Part shown: positions 1-10,001 of the stretch, piece after piece | Layout: every line of letters begins with the position of its first letter | How positions within the stretch are numbered: position 1 is the first letter of the stretch | Assembly (NCBI GenBank): GCA_046758445.1 | Contig: JBHIAE010000052.1 | Location: forward strand, 1-20,152 | Source of the DNA: Candidatus Thorarchaeota archaeon | GTDB lineage: Archaea; Asgardarchaeota; Thorarchaeia; Thorarchaeales; Thorarchaeaceae | Direction of reading: 5' to 3' | DNA length: 20,152 nt | Notes under the pieces: model-generated | Databases searched by the model: none | What the model was told of the DNA's origin: nothing | What the model saw: the letters and a program-made list of their open reading frames with translations, nothing else | Made by a program: the position numbers and the translations under genes

Positions 1-163
1 TTTCGAGGATAACAGGTGTGCAAAACGAGTAAGTGTCTTCCGGGAGTGGCCCGGCTTATCGGGAACGAATCCTTAGAAAACAGGCGATGCTCGTCTTACC
101 TGCATCCTCACACAAATTGCGAACGCTAATAAAGGTGTCCAGAGCGGCCTCAATTGCGCAGTT

Positions 164-871
164 TTGCACGTAGGGGATGTGATTACCTTGCTGGGCTCGA
201 CCATTATCAGTGTCTGGATAGTGTTTCCAGGCGTGCCTATCTGGTTGGAGATCATCATCCTCATTTTTCTGTCAATCTTCCTCTACGTCTTTGTGCTCGC
301 AAAGATAGTGCGGCGATACTGGAAGTTCCCTGCTCCTGCGTTCATCGGCAGAGCACTCAACTCGGGCTACAGAAAGAGAATCCAGCCTCCCTCGATGATT
401 GTTCATGCCCTTGAGCTCGAATCCGGGATGAAAGTGGTTGAGATAGGCTGCGGTCCTGGAACATTCACAATCGATGTCGCCAGGGCAATCCAACCTGATG
501 GCACCGTCTATGCAGTTGACATTCAAGAGGACATGCTAGAACAACTTCGATCCAGCATGATCAAACACAGTGTGGAGAACATCGTTCCCGTCCTTGCTGA
601 CGCTGGAGGTCGAATGCCCATTGAAGACAACTATGCAGATGCGGCCTTTGGTGTCACGGTTCTTCCTGAGATACCTGACAAGATCGCCGCATTGAATGAG
701 ATAAAACGCATCCTGAAACCTGGCGGTCTCTTCGCAGACGCCGAGCTGGTCATGGATCCCGATTGGCCTCTGAGGAGGACTGTCAAAAGGTGGGCCAAAG
801 AAGTCGGACTTGTCTTTAGGAGTCAACACGGACATGCGCTGCGGTACGTTCTCGTCTTCAGCAAGGAGTAG
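164..871 (+). CDS. Class I SAM-dependent methyltransferase with N-terminal membrane anchor
   Basis: Motif I VVEIGCGPGTF, acidic motif II AVDIQ, ADA and 'RILKPGG' motifs, plus two hydrophobic N-terminal segments. Start codon uncertain (TTG 164 or GTG 179). Confidence 0.88.
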   Translation: MHVGDVITLLGSTIISVWIVFPGVPIWLEIIILIFLSIFLYVFVLAKIVRRYWKFPAPAFIGRALNSGYRKRIQPPSMIVHALELESGMKVVEIGCGPGTFTIDVARAIQPDGTVYAVDIQEDMLEQLRSSMIKHSVENIVPVLADAGGRMPIEDNYADAAFGVTVLPEIPDKIAALNEIKRILKPGGLFADAELVMDPDWPLRRTVKRWAKEVGLVFRSQHGHALRYVLVFSKE

Positions 872-883
872 GCGTTGAGAGAA

Positions 884-1321
884 CTACCGCGTATATCTGG
901 GAATGTTGTCCTTGAACCATGAAGGAACTCTGGCATTGTCAACCCTGTCAGAAGATGGCATGTACGGCTTTATGTCTATGATTGGAGTTTCATCGTGTGC
1001 GTCAATCTGGTCTATGTAGATTCTATTGCGCTCTTCTTCTACCTTGGTGATTGCGACGATTGAATGGCCGATCGGTGTTGGTCTGGCGGGGGATCTGCTG
1101 GCGAACACCCCTGATAGCTCTGCGTTCTCTTGTGGAGGATAGTCACTCAAGTTGGCGCGGCTCTCTGCATTGTCGCGACCTGTGATCCACCACAAGACAA
1201 TGATGTGTGAGAACTTCTCTATCTGAAGGGCGGCCTCCCAGTACTCACTCTCAATCTGGATGAAGGTGTCCCCTGCTTCTGGCTTCCGAACATGTCCTAC
1301 TACCGTGCATATGGGCTCCAT
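884..1321 (-). CDS. tsaA: TrmO/TsaA (YaeB/AF0241) family SAM-binding protein, putative tRNA m6t6A37 methyltransferase
   Basis: Family signatures FSHIIVLWW, GVFASRSPARPTPIG and DAHDETPIIDIKPY, followed by 'RVPSW'. Confidence 0.88.
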   Translation of the reverse strand: MEPICTVVGHVRKPEAGDTFIQIESEYWEAALQIEKFSHIIVLWWITGRDNAESRANLSDYPPQENAELSGVFASRSPARPTPIGHSIVAITKVEEERNRIYIDQIDAHDETPIIDIKPYMPSSDRVDNARVPSWFKDNIPRYTR

Positions 1322-1426
1322 CTTCTAGTCAACTCAGAATCATTCCGCTGTGTCGTGCTCCATCCTATCTTGCCCGTGAGTATATTCTCTACATCTCGGC
1401 ACGCAGAGGTTGCTCAGACGCCTCGG

Positions 1427-1433
1427 CTTAAGA
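1427..1433 (+). promoter_or_regulatory. Putative archaeal TATA box for leaderless dinB-like transcript
   Basis: CTTAAGA about 25 nt upstream of ATG 1456. Confidence 0.45.
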
Positions 1434-1455
1434 GTCTGTTTGAGGAAGTCCCGTT

Positions 1456-1944
1456 ATGTTTCCGCTGAAACTGATGGGAGAGTATCTGTTGTGGGCGAAT
1501 CAGGTGGTCTGGAAGACAGTACTCTCTCTCAGTGATGAAGAGTTTGACCAGCCTGTGGGAGCTCGCGTAGGCAGCATACGGTCAAGATACGTTCACATGG
1601 TAGAAGGTCTTTGGGGCTGGTGTCAACGCTGGGCTGGGGAGGCAAAAGACCCACGACCAGACTTCGATTCATTGGGGCGAGACGAGCTCAATGAGTACTT
1701 AACAGCCTACAATCAGAGGATCATCAACATGATTGATGAACCAGTGGCTAGGGAGCATGAACTGGAAACTCATCGGGGAAAGATGTCATTCTCAGTAGAG
1801 GAGTTCTTCTTCAATCTGGCCAATCATGCGACCTATCATCGAGGTCAAATAGATATGGCTCTCAGATTGCTCGGTAAGGAGGTTGTTCCCACAGACTACT
1901 TTCCATTCCGGCTTGATTCGTTGGGCAGGGATTTAGTGAGATAG
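1456..1944 (+). CDS. DinB/YfiT family protein
   Basis: N-terminal Y..WAN, 'GSIRSRYVHM' and C-terminal 'NHATYHRGQI...LR.LG' His-triad signature. Confidence 0.9.
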   Translation: MFPLKLMGEYLLWANQVVWKTVLSLSDEEFDQPVGARVGSIRSRYVHMVEGLWGWCQRWAGEAKDPRPDFDSLGRDELNEYLTAYNQRIINMIDEPVAREHELETHRGKMSFSVEEFFFNLANHATYHRGQIDMALRLLGKEVVPTDYFPFRLDSLGRDLVR

Positions 1945-2044
1945 AGTGGGACTAGAAACTTCCACAGAAGACAGAGTCCAGCTCATCAGACATAAATGTA
2001 GAGCATACAGAGTTCTCGCACGCACCTTTTGGTGCTATTGACCG

Positions 2045-2974
2045 GTGAATGTTGTGGACGCTGTCGACAAGAAGATACTCCTTGAGCTCGACATCAATTG
2101 CAGGATATCTTTCGAAGAGCTGGGCAGGAAATTGGAAATGACGTCTAATGCAGTGAAGAAGAGATTCGACAAACTTGTAGAGTCGGGCGTAATTGACCAT
2201 TTTGTGGTGGCTTTCAAACCTGCAATGACCGGAGCAGAGTACCTGATAGCTGAGGTGTCCACAGACGGATCTGAGGATGAGGAGGAGTTCGTCTCTCATA
2301 TCGGAAACAACGACATGACAGTTCAAGTAGGTCTCCTTGCAGGCGGTGAGGGGAGATTATACATGGTCCATGCAGAATACATTGGTTCTGAGGGCCTTCT
2401 TGAGCTGAGTTCCTTTCTTCGCAATTTGGACAGCGTCATCAAGGTTGAGATACATACCATTGCCACAGATCCTGGAAAAAAAGTCGACCTCACAAACATG
2501 CATCTAAGGGTACTACGTCATCTCATTGACGATCCTAGAATGATCATATCCGAGCTTGCACGTCGGTCGGGTCTCACAGCTAGACGTGTCCGAAAATTGC
2601 TCACAGACCTTATCGAAGGTAGAGGATTCTGGTTCAGCGCAAGATGGAATCTCAGTGCAGGGGAGAGCACAGAGTTCTACGTTCACATTGAGTATAACGA
2701 ACAGAAAGGTACGGCCGAGGAACTAGAGCAATGGCTTCGGGAAGAGTACCCACAGGAGTATTGGTACTCCTATGCCTCTGCACTAGAGCCTGTTGTCTAC
2801 GCTAAGTTCGTCACAGAGCACTTCAGAGAGGCAGAAACAATTACGAGAGCAATAACAGCGGCACACCTCACAAAGGCCACCAGAACCATGATCTGTTATC
2901 CTGTGAAGAAGTTCCCTAGACTGGGTCAAGTTAAACTACAAGAGAAGCTTGCCGCATCTGGCCTCTGGCCCTAG
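2045..2974 (+). CDS. AsnC/Lrp-type transcriptional regulator with two winged-HTH modules
   Basis: Two repeats of the Lrp HTH pattern (DKKILLEL..NCRISFEELGRKL...AVKKR and LRVLRHL..DPRM.ISELARRSGLTARRVRK), each followed by a ligand-binding-like segment. Confidence 0.85.
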   Translation: MNVVDAVDKKILLELDINCRISFEELGRKLEMTSNAVKKRFDKLVESGVIDHFVVAFKPAMTGAEYLIAEVSTDGSEDEEEFVSHIGNNDMTVQVGLLAGGEGRLYMVHAEYIGSEGLLELSSFLRNLDSVIKVEIHTIATDPGKKVDLTNMHLRVLRHLIDDPRMIISELARRSGLTARRVRKLLTDLIEGRGFWFSARWNLSAGESTEFYVHIEYNEQKGTAEELEQWLREEYPQEYWYSYASALEPVVYAKFVTEHFREAETITRAITAAHLTKATRTMICYPVKKFPRLGQVKLQEKLAASGLWP

Positions 2975-2977
2975 ACG

Positions 2978-4141
2978 CTACGATGCTTCCTCCTCATGAT
3001 CTGACTCAGGTTTCTGTCGAGTCTGCCTGATTCTTGTCAACAAGCGAATAACCCTTGATTTCAGCGAATAGAGAACAGGCACATCAATGTCCTCAGGGGC
3101 TTCTCGAGTCGGTTCTTGAACTGGCGACATAGGCTGCTTGATGGTCAAGAGAGTTGATGCATCTACGTCAGATGGTTTGACGAAGGCAGCAGATAGGACT
3201 CCAATGACCAAGAGAATGGGAAGTGGGGCGTAGAGCATTTGCTCACCCTGTGCCATCCCCATCGCCAACAAGGGGGAAAGTAACACGACGAACAGTAATC
3301 CAATCGTCCCAAACAGTATCACTCTTGTTCTGGATACTGCACCTCGCCAGTAACGAAGAATCTCGTATATGAACATGAACCGGGGAAGTACATAACCGAA
3401 ACTCAGCAGCAGAACGTTAATGTCCATAATTAAGATCGATAGATCCCAAATTGGCAACATCTGGTGGTCTTGGTATATCGGGTAAATGAGCATTGACAGG
3501 GTTTGATATCGGGAATATTGTCCTACCTGTGGCACAACTACGAGAAAGAAGGGAATCACGAAGACTGCCAGACCTAACGTATTGCCTATCACAGCATACT
3601 TCCGGGGTACTCGTGCAGAAGAAGAGGTGCGATTAGTGCTATTCTTTTCCAAGATTCTGACTAGTCCAGCCAGCTCGGCCTCTCTAGCAAACATAGGAAG
3701 GAAGACAAACACCACGAGCGCCACTGATGTGAAGCGAAGTGTTTCGAGGGTAAACCCTAATCCGAAATCACCATACACCGAATACATAGAAAAGAAGGCG
3801 GTGCCAGAGACCGACGCCAACACCAGATCTGTGATGGGCAATGTCCTCGATTGCTTTGAAAGTCTTCGTGTGAAATAGATACCGGGTATACAGATGAATA
3901 GAGCCGTGGCTATATCGGCGGGACTACGGAAGCTAGCTATAGTTTCTCCTGTGTAGTGCATGATCCGAATGAAGAAGAGCATGCAGCTATAGGAGCCACC
4001 TATCCCCCGGCCCAAAGGAATGCCTTCATCCACCTCCAGGGTGACCTCCACAGGGAGAAGCAGGACTATCAATACCCTGAGGGAGGTCTTTATCCAGAAA
4101 CCGATGTCAATATTCCTTCCTGCCAATCTCAACCTGAACAT
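2978..4141 (-). CDS. Multi-pass membrane protein of unknown function (paralog of 4157-5401)
   Basis: 387-aa ORF with many hydrophobic helices. Shares LPxFAREA, LGLAVF, RYxRGxVSR and VPxLYxLKS with the neighbour. Confidence 0.8.
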   Translation of the reverse strand: MFRLRLAGRNIDIGFWIKTSLRVLIVLLLPVEVTLEVDEGIPLGRGIGGSYSCMLFFIRIMHYTGETIASFRSPADIATALFICIPGIYFTRRLSKQSRTLPITDLVLASVSGTAFFSMYSVYGDFGLGFTLETLRFTSVALVVFVFLPMFAREAELAGLVRILEKNSTNRTSSSARVPRKYAVIGNTLGLAVFVIPFFLVVVPQVGQYSRYQTLSMLIYPIYQDHQMLPIWDLSILIMDINVLLLSFGYVLPRFMFIYEILRYWRGAVSRTRVILFGTIGLLFVVLLSPLLAMGMAQGEQMLYAPLPILLVIGVLSAAFVKPSDVDASTLLTIKQPMSPVQEPTREAPEDIDVPVLYSLKSRVIRLLTRIRQTRQKPESDHEEEAS

Positions 4142-4156
4142 CTCATTGACTTTCTT

Positions 4157-5401
4157 TTACACATGTTTCGAATTGATTTCTGTGTCATTGTTGTCTGAAA
4201 CATCCTTGGACCGAGTTCGTTTCATTCTTGATGCTGCACCGAATACCTTTGATTTCAGGGCATAAAGCAAAGGCACCTCAATCTCACTAGCAAAGTCTTC
4301 TCTCTCCCTCCGGGTTTCTCCAGGAGTTTCCACCAAATCTACGCTTTCAAAAGCGGCCGATCGCTCAAGAGGCTTGACAAGACGGATTGCCAGGTAGCCC
4401 CCAACGAAGACGAAGGGCAATGGTATCAGGTACACCATATCAGAAACGGAATACTGTGCCCGCATTATTTGCATGTAGACAAAAGGGACTATGATTCCCA
4501 TGATTCCGTATGACACTACGCGTCTTCTTGAAACAGTGCCACGAAGGTATCGAATGATACTGTAACCGAAGAGTATTCGGAACCCGGTGAATATGAGCCG
4601 ATCAAGCAGAACCATCAACTCAGGTATCTGGATCCATGTTTGAGAAAAGGTCCATACACCGAAGATGTTTCTGAAGTCACTGTACCTGAGTTGTCCAGAA
4701 GCTAATGGCGAGGACACATCGTAGATCGTATGATTGTCAGGCCATACATTGACTACGAGGAAGACCGGGAATAGGAATACGGCCAGACCCAATGCATAAC
4801 CCAAGACCAAATAGATAGCAGAAGGAGACCCTGTCGTGCCAGACTGTAGTCGCTGATTAGGTTCATTTCTCCTCTCTGCACCAAGTTGCGAAGCTTCTCT
4901 AGCAAAGAGAGGCAACAGCACAAGTCCAACGATCACCAGTGAGCCGAATTGCAGGAGCTCCCAGTCGGGTGACGGGATTAGATCGATTAGGTTGTATGGC
5001 GGGAAGGCGAAGACAAAGCAAGCAGTCAAGTATGCAGTTGCGAAGAAACCAGCTAACCCGGAATCCCAAACTGGTCTGTGCATACTTCCCCTATTCAACC
5101 TGTGATTGAAGTAGATGGCCGGAATGCATACAATCAGAGCTGCAACAATAGTAGCAATCTCCCTGAAGGCGAAAAAAGGCTCACTCCAGTCAGTATAGTT
5201 CTCAAAGTAGAACAGAATGCTTCTGTATGAGTGGTAGACTGTGGGGTCAAGACCAGCAACGGAAGTAGTGTCCTGAAATAGGCTGATAGGAACAAGCATC
5301 AATAACAAGACTTTGATTGCCATCTTAAACCAGAATCGTAGGTCTATCTCTCGAACCATAACCCGCAATCTGAAACTCTCACACTTCTTTCGTCTGGTCA
5401 T
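4157..5401 (-). CDS. Multi-pass membrane protein of unknown function (paralog of 2978-4141)
   Basis: 414-aa ORF with the same motif order as the downstream paralog; 15-nt gap between the two genes. Confidence 0.8.
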   Translation of the reverse strand: MTRRKKCESFRLRVMVREIDLRFWFKMAIKVLLLMLVPISLFQDTTSVAGLDPTVYHSYRSILFYFENYTDWSEPFFAFREIATIVAALIVCIPAIYFNHRLNRGSMHRPVWDSGLAGFFATAYLTACFVFAFPPYNLIDLIPSPDWELLQFGSLVIVGLVLLPLFAREASQLGAERRNEPNQRLQSGTTGSPSAIYLVLGYALGLAVFLFPVFLVVNVWPDNHTIYDVSSPLASGQLRYSDFRNIFGVWTFSQTWIQIPELMVLLDRLIFTGFRILFGYSIIRYLRGTVSRRRVVSYGIMGIIVPFVYMQIMRAQYSVSDMVYLIPLPFVFVGGYLAIRLVKPLERSAAFESVDLVETPGETRREREDFASEIEVPLLYALKSKVFGAASRMKRTRSKDVSDNNDTEINSKHV

Positions 5402-5583
5402 GGTCCAATCCTATATCTATCTCACGCCTTCCGTAGATTTAGGAATTGCCAATGGAAAAGCCTCTTGATTGTGGCTTTCGGAGCTCGATACTGATCATAG
5501 CTTCGCCATCCAGGAGGATTGACGAATCTCGACATCCTGTACGTACCCTTGAAATAGAGATGTGACTATCTCAGACCGACTGT

Positions 5584-7248
5584 TTGGAAGGCGCTAAAAA
5601 GGTAGGTCGGTGTTTGGAGAGCATTAGGACGTTTGAACTGATCTTTCTTGTCCTAATCCTGATTCTCACCTCGAACCATGCTTTGGACGCCAGTCCCACT
5701 CCTCCGCATGTCTGCCCGACAGAGTTGAGAAGTCCAGCTGGAATTACAGAGTCAATTCCCGGTGACACTAGAGAAGTGCCGTTATCTGTTGAAGCGAAGA
5801 CCTACACGACACACTCTCCAATCAACATCTCATCTGATGCAGACTTCCTTGCCCAGAAGGTAGGCGAGGGATGGGCTGGTAATGGCACCGAAACAGACCC
5901 GTACATCATTGAAGGATACAACATTACCTACAATGGTCCATGCATATCGATATCCAATGTCACTTCTTATTTCACAATCCGGGACTCGCTACTCATTTCC
6001 CCTGGAGATCCGCCGCCACCTGGGGGCTACGACAATGGAATTGCTCTCATCAACACGAGCCATTGCCAAGTTTCAAGCAATACGTTCCTCGGCTCTAGGA
6101 ACGCAGGTCTCTTCATTGGCTGGTCACGCTGCGACGCAGTCAGCAATGTATTTGTCGAGAGCATCGCGGGTGTCTACTTCAACCACTCTACTGGATCCGT
6201 AATCTACAATGAGTTTGTTGATATCGATCTTCACAGCGTGTGGATGTCCGGGTCTTTCAATTGCAATGTGTCTTTCAATACAATGAAGTCAAGCGACACT
6301 GCTATCGAGTTGCTGGGTTCTTCCACGTCCTGCACTGTCTCTCACAATCTGATTGAGTCCCACTTGGTGGGTATCTTTGTTTGGAATGGTTCTATTTCCA
6401 ATCTTGTAGAATACAATAAGATTGACGGGGCTTATTACGGCATATACGCCCATGAGGCTCACAACTCATACTTTGTTGCGAATCGAATACAAAGGTCGAG
6501 GTCATCGGGTATACTACTCGTCGGATGCCAGTACGGTCGAATTGAGAGAAACGTGATTCTTGATGGTTCCGGAGAAGGTATAACAATAGTTGGCATTGAT
6601 CTCTGCTTCTTCCTCTACAACACAATCATGAGGAACGAGGGTGCTGGCGTATACTTGGAATATGGCTTTGATAACACGCTCTATGGGAACTTGCTTCACA
6701 GCAATCAACCTGATGCAATTGATGATGATTGGGAGCATACTAATTTCTGGGATGACGGCATCGGCGTCGGAAATTGCTGGACATATCCTGCATGGGATGG
6801 GCATTACTATGTTGATGGCTCGGCTGGCAATGTAGACAACTTTCCTTTTCTCACAGAGGCACTAGACTTCAACCATCCAATAATTGCTAGCGTTCCAGAT
6901 ACTCTCATACCGCTTGGAAACTATACAACAATTACTTGGCTGGCGTGGAGTGAATCTGGTACGTTTACCCTTCTTAGAAACGAAGAACCGATTCAAAGCG
7001 GTGACTGGAGCGAAACCGGAGCGTTTCATCATGAATTCTTGGCTGCCAGTCTGGGCTCCTACAACTTCACTTTTATCATCAGCGACAATGATGGCAACTC
7101 TGCAGCTGACATAGTGATAGTTTCCGTGTACAGTCCCCCACCACCCGTTGAGCTCATAGTATACTTCTCCGTCGGATCTCTGATTGCAGTTGTGGTGATT
7201 CTGGAGTTCGGAAAGTCGCAACGCGCCGAAGTGGATGGCCGTGATTGA
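5584..7248 (+). CDS. Cell-surface right-handed parallel beta-helix (NosD/CASH-like) protein with Ig-like domain and C-terminal TM anchor
   Basis: N-terminal signal-like hydrophobic stretch, 'GWAGNGTETDPYIIEG' motif, repeated GI.L...N.I..N units, 'NFWDDG..GN.W', and C-terminal hydrophobic helix. The start may be a downstream TTG. Confidence 0.85.
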   Translation: MEGAKKVGRCLESIRTFELIFLVLILILTSNHALDASPTPPHVCPTELRSPAGITESIPGDTREVPLSVEAKTYTTHSPINISSDADFLAQKVGEGWAGNGTETDPYIIEGYNITYNGPCISISNVTSYFTIRDSLLISPGDPPPPGGYDNGIALINTSHCQVSSNTFLGSRNAGLFIGWSRCDAVSNVFVESIAGVYFNHSTGSVIYNEFVDIDLHSVWMSGSFNCNVSFNTMKSSDTAIELLGSSTSCTVSHNLIESHLVGIFVWNGSISNLVEYNKIDGAYYGIYAHEAHNSYFVANRIQRSRSSGILLVGCQYGRIERNVILDGSGEGITIVGIDLCFFLYNTIMRNEGAGVYLEYGFDNTLYGNLLHSNQPDAIDDDWEHTNFWDDGIGVGNCWTYPAWDGHYYVDGSAGNVDNFPFLTEALDFNHPIIASVPDTLIPLGNYTTITWLAWSESGTFTLLRNEEPIQSGDWSETGAFHHEFLAASLGSYNFTFIISDNDGNSAADIVIVSVYSPPPPVELIVYFSVGSLIAVVVILEFGKSQRAEVDGRD

Positions 7249-7326
7249 ACTGGGGTAGGAAGAAGTCGATTTGCAGCCGCGTCCGGCCTTCCACACCGTT
7301 AGGACCTCTTGGAGTCGACCAATACC

Positions 7327-7334
7327 CTTTAAGC
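7327..7334 (+). promoter_or_regulatory. Putative TATA box of the AOR operon (leaderless)
   Basis: CTTTAAGC about 25 nt upstream of ATG 7357. Confidence 0.5.
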
Positions 7335-7356
7335 ATGTAGACACTGTGGCCTCGGG

Positions 7357-7638
7357 ATGGTCAAAATGCCTAAGATCAGTGTGACTGTTGAGAGGATTGA
7401 TGGACACTGCAACCTTCCAGTTTTGGTAGGCGACCACTTCTACGTTGAAGGCTCGAAGCTTTCTGTTCCTGAGGGAAACAATGTGTGCATCTGGGCCCTG
7501 CAGAGCATGATGCCGGTGTTCCCGGTTCTTAACGTGAAAGAAACCCTGCCTGAGGACCACTGGGTGAAGAGTGTGAAACACTTCACTTGTCCAGATCCAG
7601 AAGGAAAGGTCATCTTCAGGCTAGAAGTGTCTGAGTGA
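7357..7638 (+). CDS. TIGR04076-like small Cys-containing protein
   Basis: Pattern I.G.C....VGD.F, C.WAL..M.P and CPDP...V.F.L. Confidence 0.75.
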   Translation: MVKMPKISVTVERIDGHCNLPVLVGDHFYVEGSKLSVPEGNNVCIWALQSMMPVFPVLNVKETLPEDHWVKSVKHFTCPDPEGKVIFRLEVSE

Positions 7639-7677
7639 GTGTCAAGTTTTGCCATTACCCAGGCGTGGACTGTTCAG

Positions 7678-8196
7678 ATGATTCAAATCGACGTAAGCAA
7701 ATGCACGGGATGCAGAAGCTGTGAAACTGCATGTTCGTTCTTTCATTCAGGGAGAGTAAGCAATCACCTTGCTAGAATCAAAGTGATGCATCTCTATGAA
7801 ACAGGCATCGATGGGCCAGTCGTCTGCACGCAGTGTGAAGAGAGATACTGCTTGGAATGTCCAGTCAATGCGATCACTGTCGGGAGTCTTGGAGAAATCG
7901 TTGTCGCTCCGACAATCTGCAACCTATGTGGGTCATGTAAGAAGCAATGCCCAATTGGTGCCATCGACCAACACAACGACCTCATCTATGTCTGTGACCT
8001 GTGTGGTGGAAGACCGAAATGTGTTGACATGTGCACGGAGCAGGCCATTGTATTTGCAGTCCAGTCCAAAGAGAGAGGATCACTTGCCAGATTCAAAGAG
8101 TCAACACAGAAGATGAACACCAACGAGAAGAGGAGCTACTACATCGAGACGTTAGGGAGAGAGGTAAGGAAGACTTGGAGGGACGCCCATGGCTAG
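7678..8196 (+). CDS. 4Fe-4S dicluster ferredoxin-like subunit (four-cluster, AOR-associated)
   Basis: CTGCRSCETAC, CTQCEERYCLECP, CNLCGSCKKQCP and CDLC....KC...C motifs. ATG 7678 preferred over GTG 7639. Overlaps the AOR start by 8 nt. Confidence 0.9.
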   Translation: MIQIDVSKCTGCRSCETACSFFHSGRVSNHLARIKVMHLYETGIDGPVVCTQCEERYCLECPVNAITVGSLGEIVVAPTICNLCGSCKKQCPIGAIDQHNDLIYVCDLCGGRPKCVDMCTEQAIVFAVQSKERGSLARFKESTQKMNTNEKRSYYIETLGREVRKTWRDAHG

Positions 8197-9982
8197 TTTT
8201 GGGTATGGCGGTAGGATTCTCCGGGTTGACCTCGGTGAGAAACGCTTCAAGATAGAGAGAAGCAACGAGTCATGGTTCAGGAAAGTGGTTGGTGGTCGAG
8301 CAGCCAATACCAGGCGCCTTTACGAGGAGTTGAACCCTGACTGTGATCCTCTTGGCCCTGAGAATATCATCATATTCGGGGTTGGCCCTCTGACGGGTTC
8401 ACTTCTTCCTGCTTCGGCGTACTACACAGTAACAGCGAAATCTCCAATGACCGGCATTCTTGGAGACTCTGCAGCAGGGGGACAGTTTGCTGCTGAGATG
8501 AAGCTCACTGGTTTAGACCAGATAATCATCACAGGCGCGGCAGACAAGCTTACCTACTTGATGATCGAGAACGACAGTGTGGAGTTCAAAGAGTGTACAG
8601 AGCTGGCCGGGAGTAGCATTGTTGCAACCACAACTGCAATCAGAACGACTCAAAGAGACCATTCAATTGAAGTCGCTGCAATTGGGCCGGCCGGTGAGAA
8701 CCTTGTTCTCTTCTCAACCATTGTCTCAAGCGGAAATAGGGTAAACGGAAGAACAGGCATGGGTGCTGTGATGGGCTCGAAGAACCTGAAGGCTGTAGCC
8801 GTGAGGGGAACAGGCTCAGTTCAAGTAGCAGATCCCTTGACCTTCTTAGAAGAATCAACAATGATACGAAGAGCAATAGTGGAGCACAATGAGTACGACA
8901 AGCGATACCGAATGGGTACAACCATGCTCATGAATGATTTGAACGGAATAGGCATCCTTCCAACGAATCACTTCCAAGATGGCGTCTGTGATTATGTAGA
9001 CAAGATATCAGGGGAGCGACTAGCAGAAGACTACAAGGTGAAGAACAAAGCATGCTTCAACTGCAACCTTCACTGCTCACGATACTACATTGTTGGGAAG
9101 CAAGAGGGAGAAGGTCCCGAGTTCGAAACTCTATGCAGCTTCAGTTCGAGATTGGGGGTGTCTGACCTTCCCTTTGCATTGGAGATGAACACCTGGCTCA
9201 ATCAAATGGGGCTGGACTCAATCTCAACCTCCGAGGTAATTGGTTGGATTATCGAGTGCCAAGAGAAAGAGCTGATTACTCCTGCTGACTTAGAAGGACA
9301 CAGCATAACATGGGGAGAAGTCGACAAGATAAGAGATCTAGTCCATAAGATGACGTACCGCGATGAGATTGGTGATAGGCTGGCAGATGGTGCCACACGT
9401 CTCTCGAAGGGATTCAGTGAAGACGCCCAAAGACTAGTCATGCAAGTCAAAGGACTGGACATCATCTGCGGAGACCCCAGAGGTATCAAGGCATATGGCT
9501 TGACCTATGCGATAGCGTCCAGAGGAGCGGATCATCTAAGGGCTGAGCCATACTTTGAACTGACAAACCGTGTTGATGAAGCTAAGAGGCGATTCGGCAC
9601 AGAGAAAGCAGCTCTAAGAATGGAGGAAGAGGGAAAAGCGGCCCTAGTGACCTATTCTGAGAGAATTGCCTTATTAACTGACTCGATGACTATGTGTAAG
9701 AACATCGGGTTGTGCATGGACGTCTTGAACTTCGAAAACGCGGCCTCATTGCTCAGGGCAGGTACAGGCTACAACTACACTCCCAAGAAGCTGCAGAAGC
9801 TGATGGCAGATTCTGTAAATCTGCAACATGAGCTCAACCGTAGTTTCGGTATAACTAGGAAGGATGACACATTGCCAGACCGGTTTGTGAACGAACCGCT
9901 TGAAAGAGGCCCTACAAAAGGGTCAACCGTTGACATAGACAGAATGGTTGACGAATACTACGGGATTCATGAGTGGGATTAG
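8189..9982 (+). CDS. aor: Tungsten-dependent aldehyde:ferredoxin oxidoreductase family protein
   Basis: KSPMTG, IGPAGEN, GRTGMGAVMGSKNLKAV, CxxCxxxC (CFNCNLHC), EGPEFET, GLDSIS, RGADH and DDTLPDRF motifs. Confidence 0.93.
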   Translation: MASFGYGGRILRVDLGEKRFKIERSNESWFRKVVGGRAANTRRLYEELNPDCDPLGPENIIIFGVGPLTGSLLPASAYYTVTAKSPMTGILGDSAAGGQFAAEMKLTGLDQIIITGAADKLTYLMIENDSVEFKECTELAGSSIVATTTAIRTTQRDHSIEVAAIGPAGENLVLFSTIVSSGNRVNGRTGMGAVMGSKNLKAVAVRGTGSVQVADPLTFLEESTMIRRAIVEHNEYDKRYRMGTTMLMNDLNGIGILPTNHFQDGVCDYVDKISGERLAEDYKVKNKACFNCNLHCSRYYIVGKQEGEGPEFETLCSFSSRLGVSDLPFALEMNTWLNQMGLDSISTSEVIGWIIECQEKELITPADLEGHSITWGEVDKIRDLVHKMTYRDEIGDRLADGATRLSKGFSEDAQRLVMQVKGLDIICGDPRGIKAYGLTYAIASRGADHLRAEPYFELTNRVDEAKRRFGTEKAALRMEEEGKAALVTYSERIALLTDSMTMCKNIGLCMDVLNFENAASLLRAGTGYNYTPKKLQKLMADSVNLQHELNRSFGITRKDDTLPDRFVNEPLERGPTKGSTVDIDRMVDEYYGIHEWD

Positions 9983-10001
9983 CCGCATGCACTGACTGTG
10001 C

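Noticed and set aside
1-163. Possible 3' end of an upstream gene and a small hairpin near 50-63
   Set aside because: Too short to decide the frame or function.
73-9489. Many short alternative-frame or antisense ORFs in the track (e.g. 154-414, 1952-2326, 3582-3878, 6862-7581, 8640-8921, 9202-9489)
   Set aside because: They overlap well-supported genes and show no motifs; treated as shadow ORFs.
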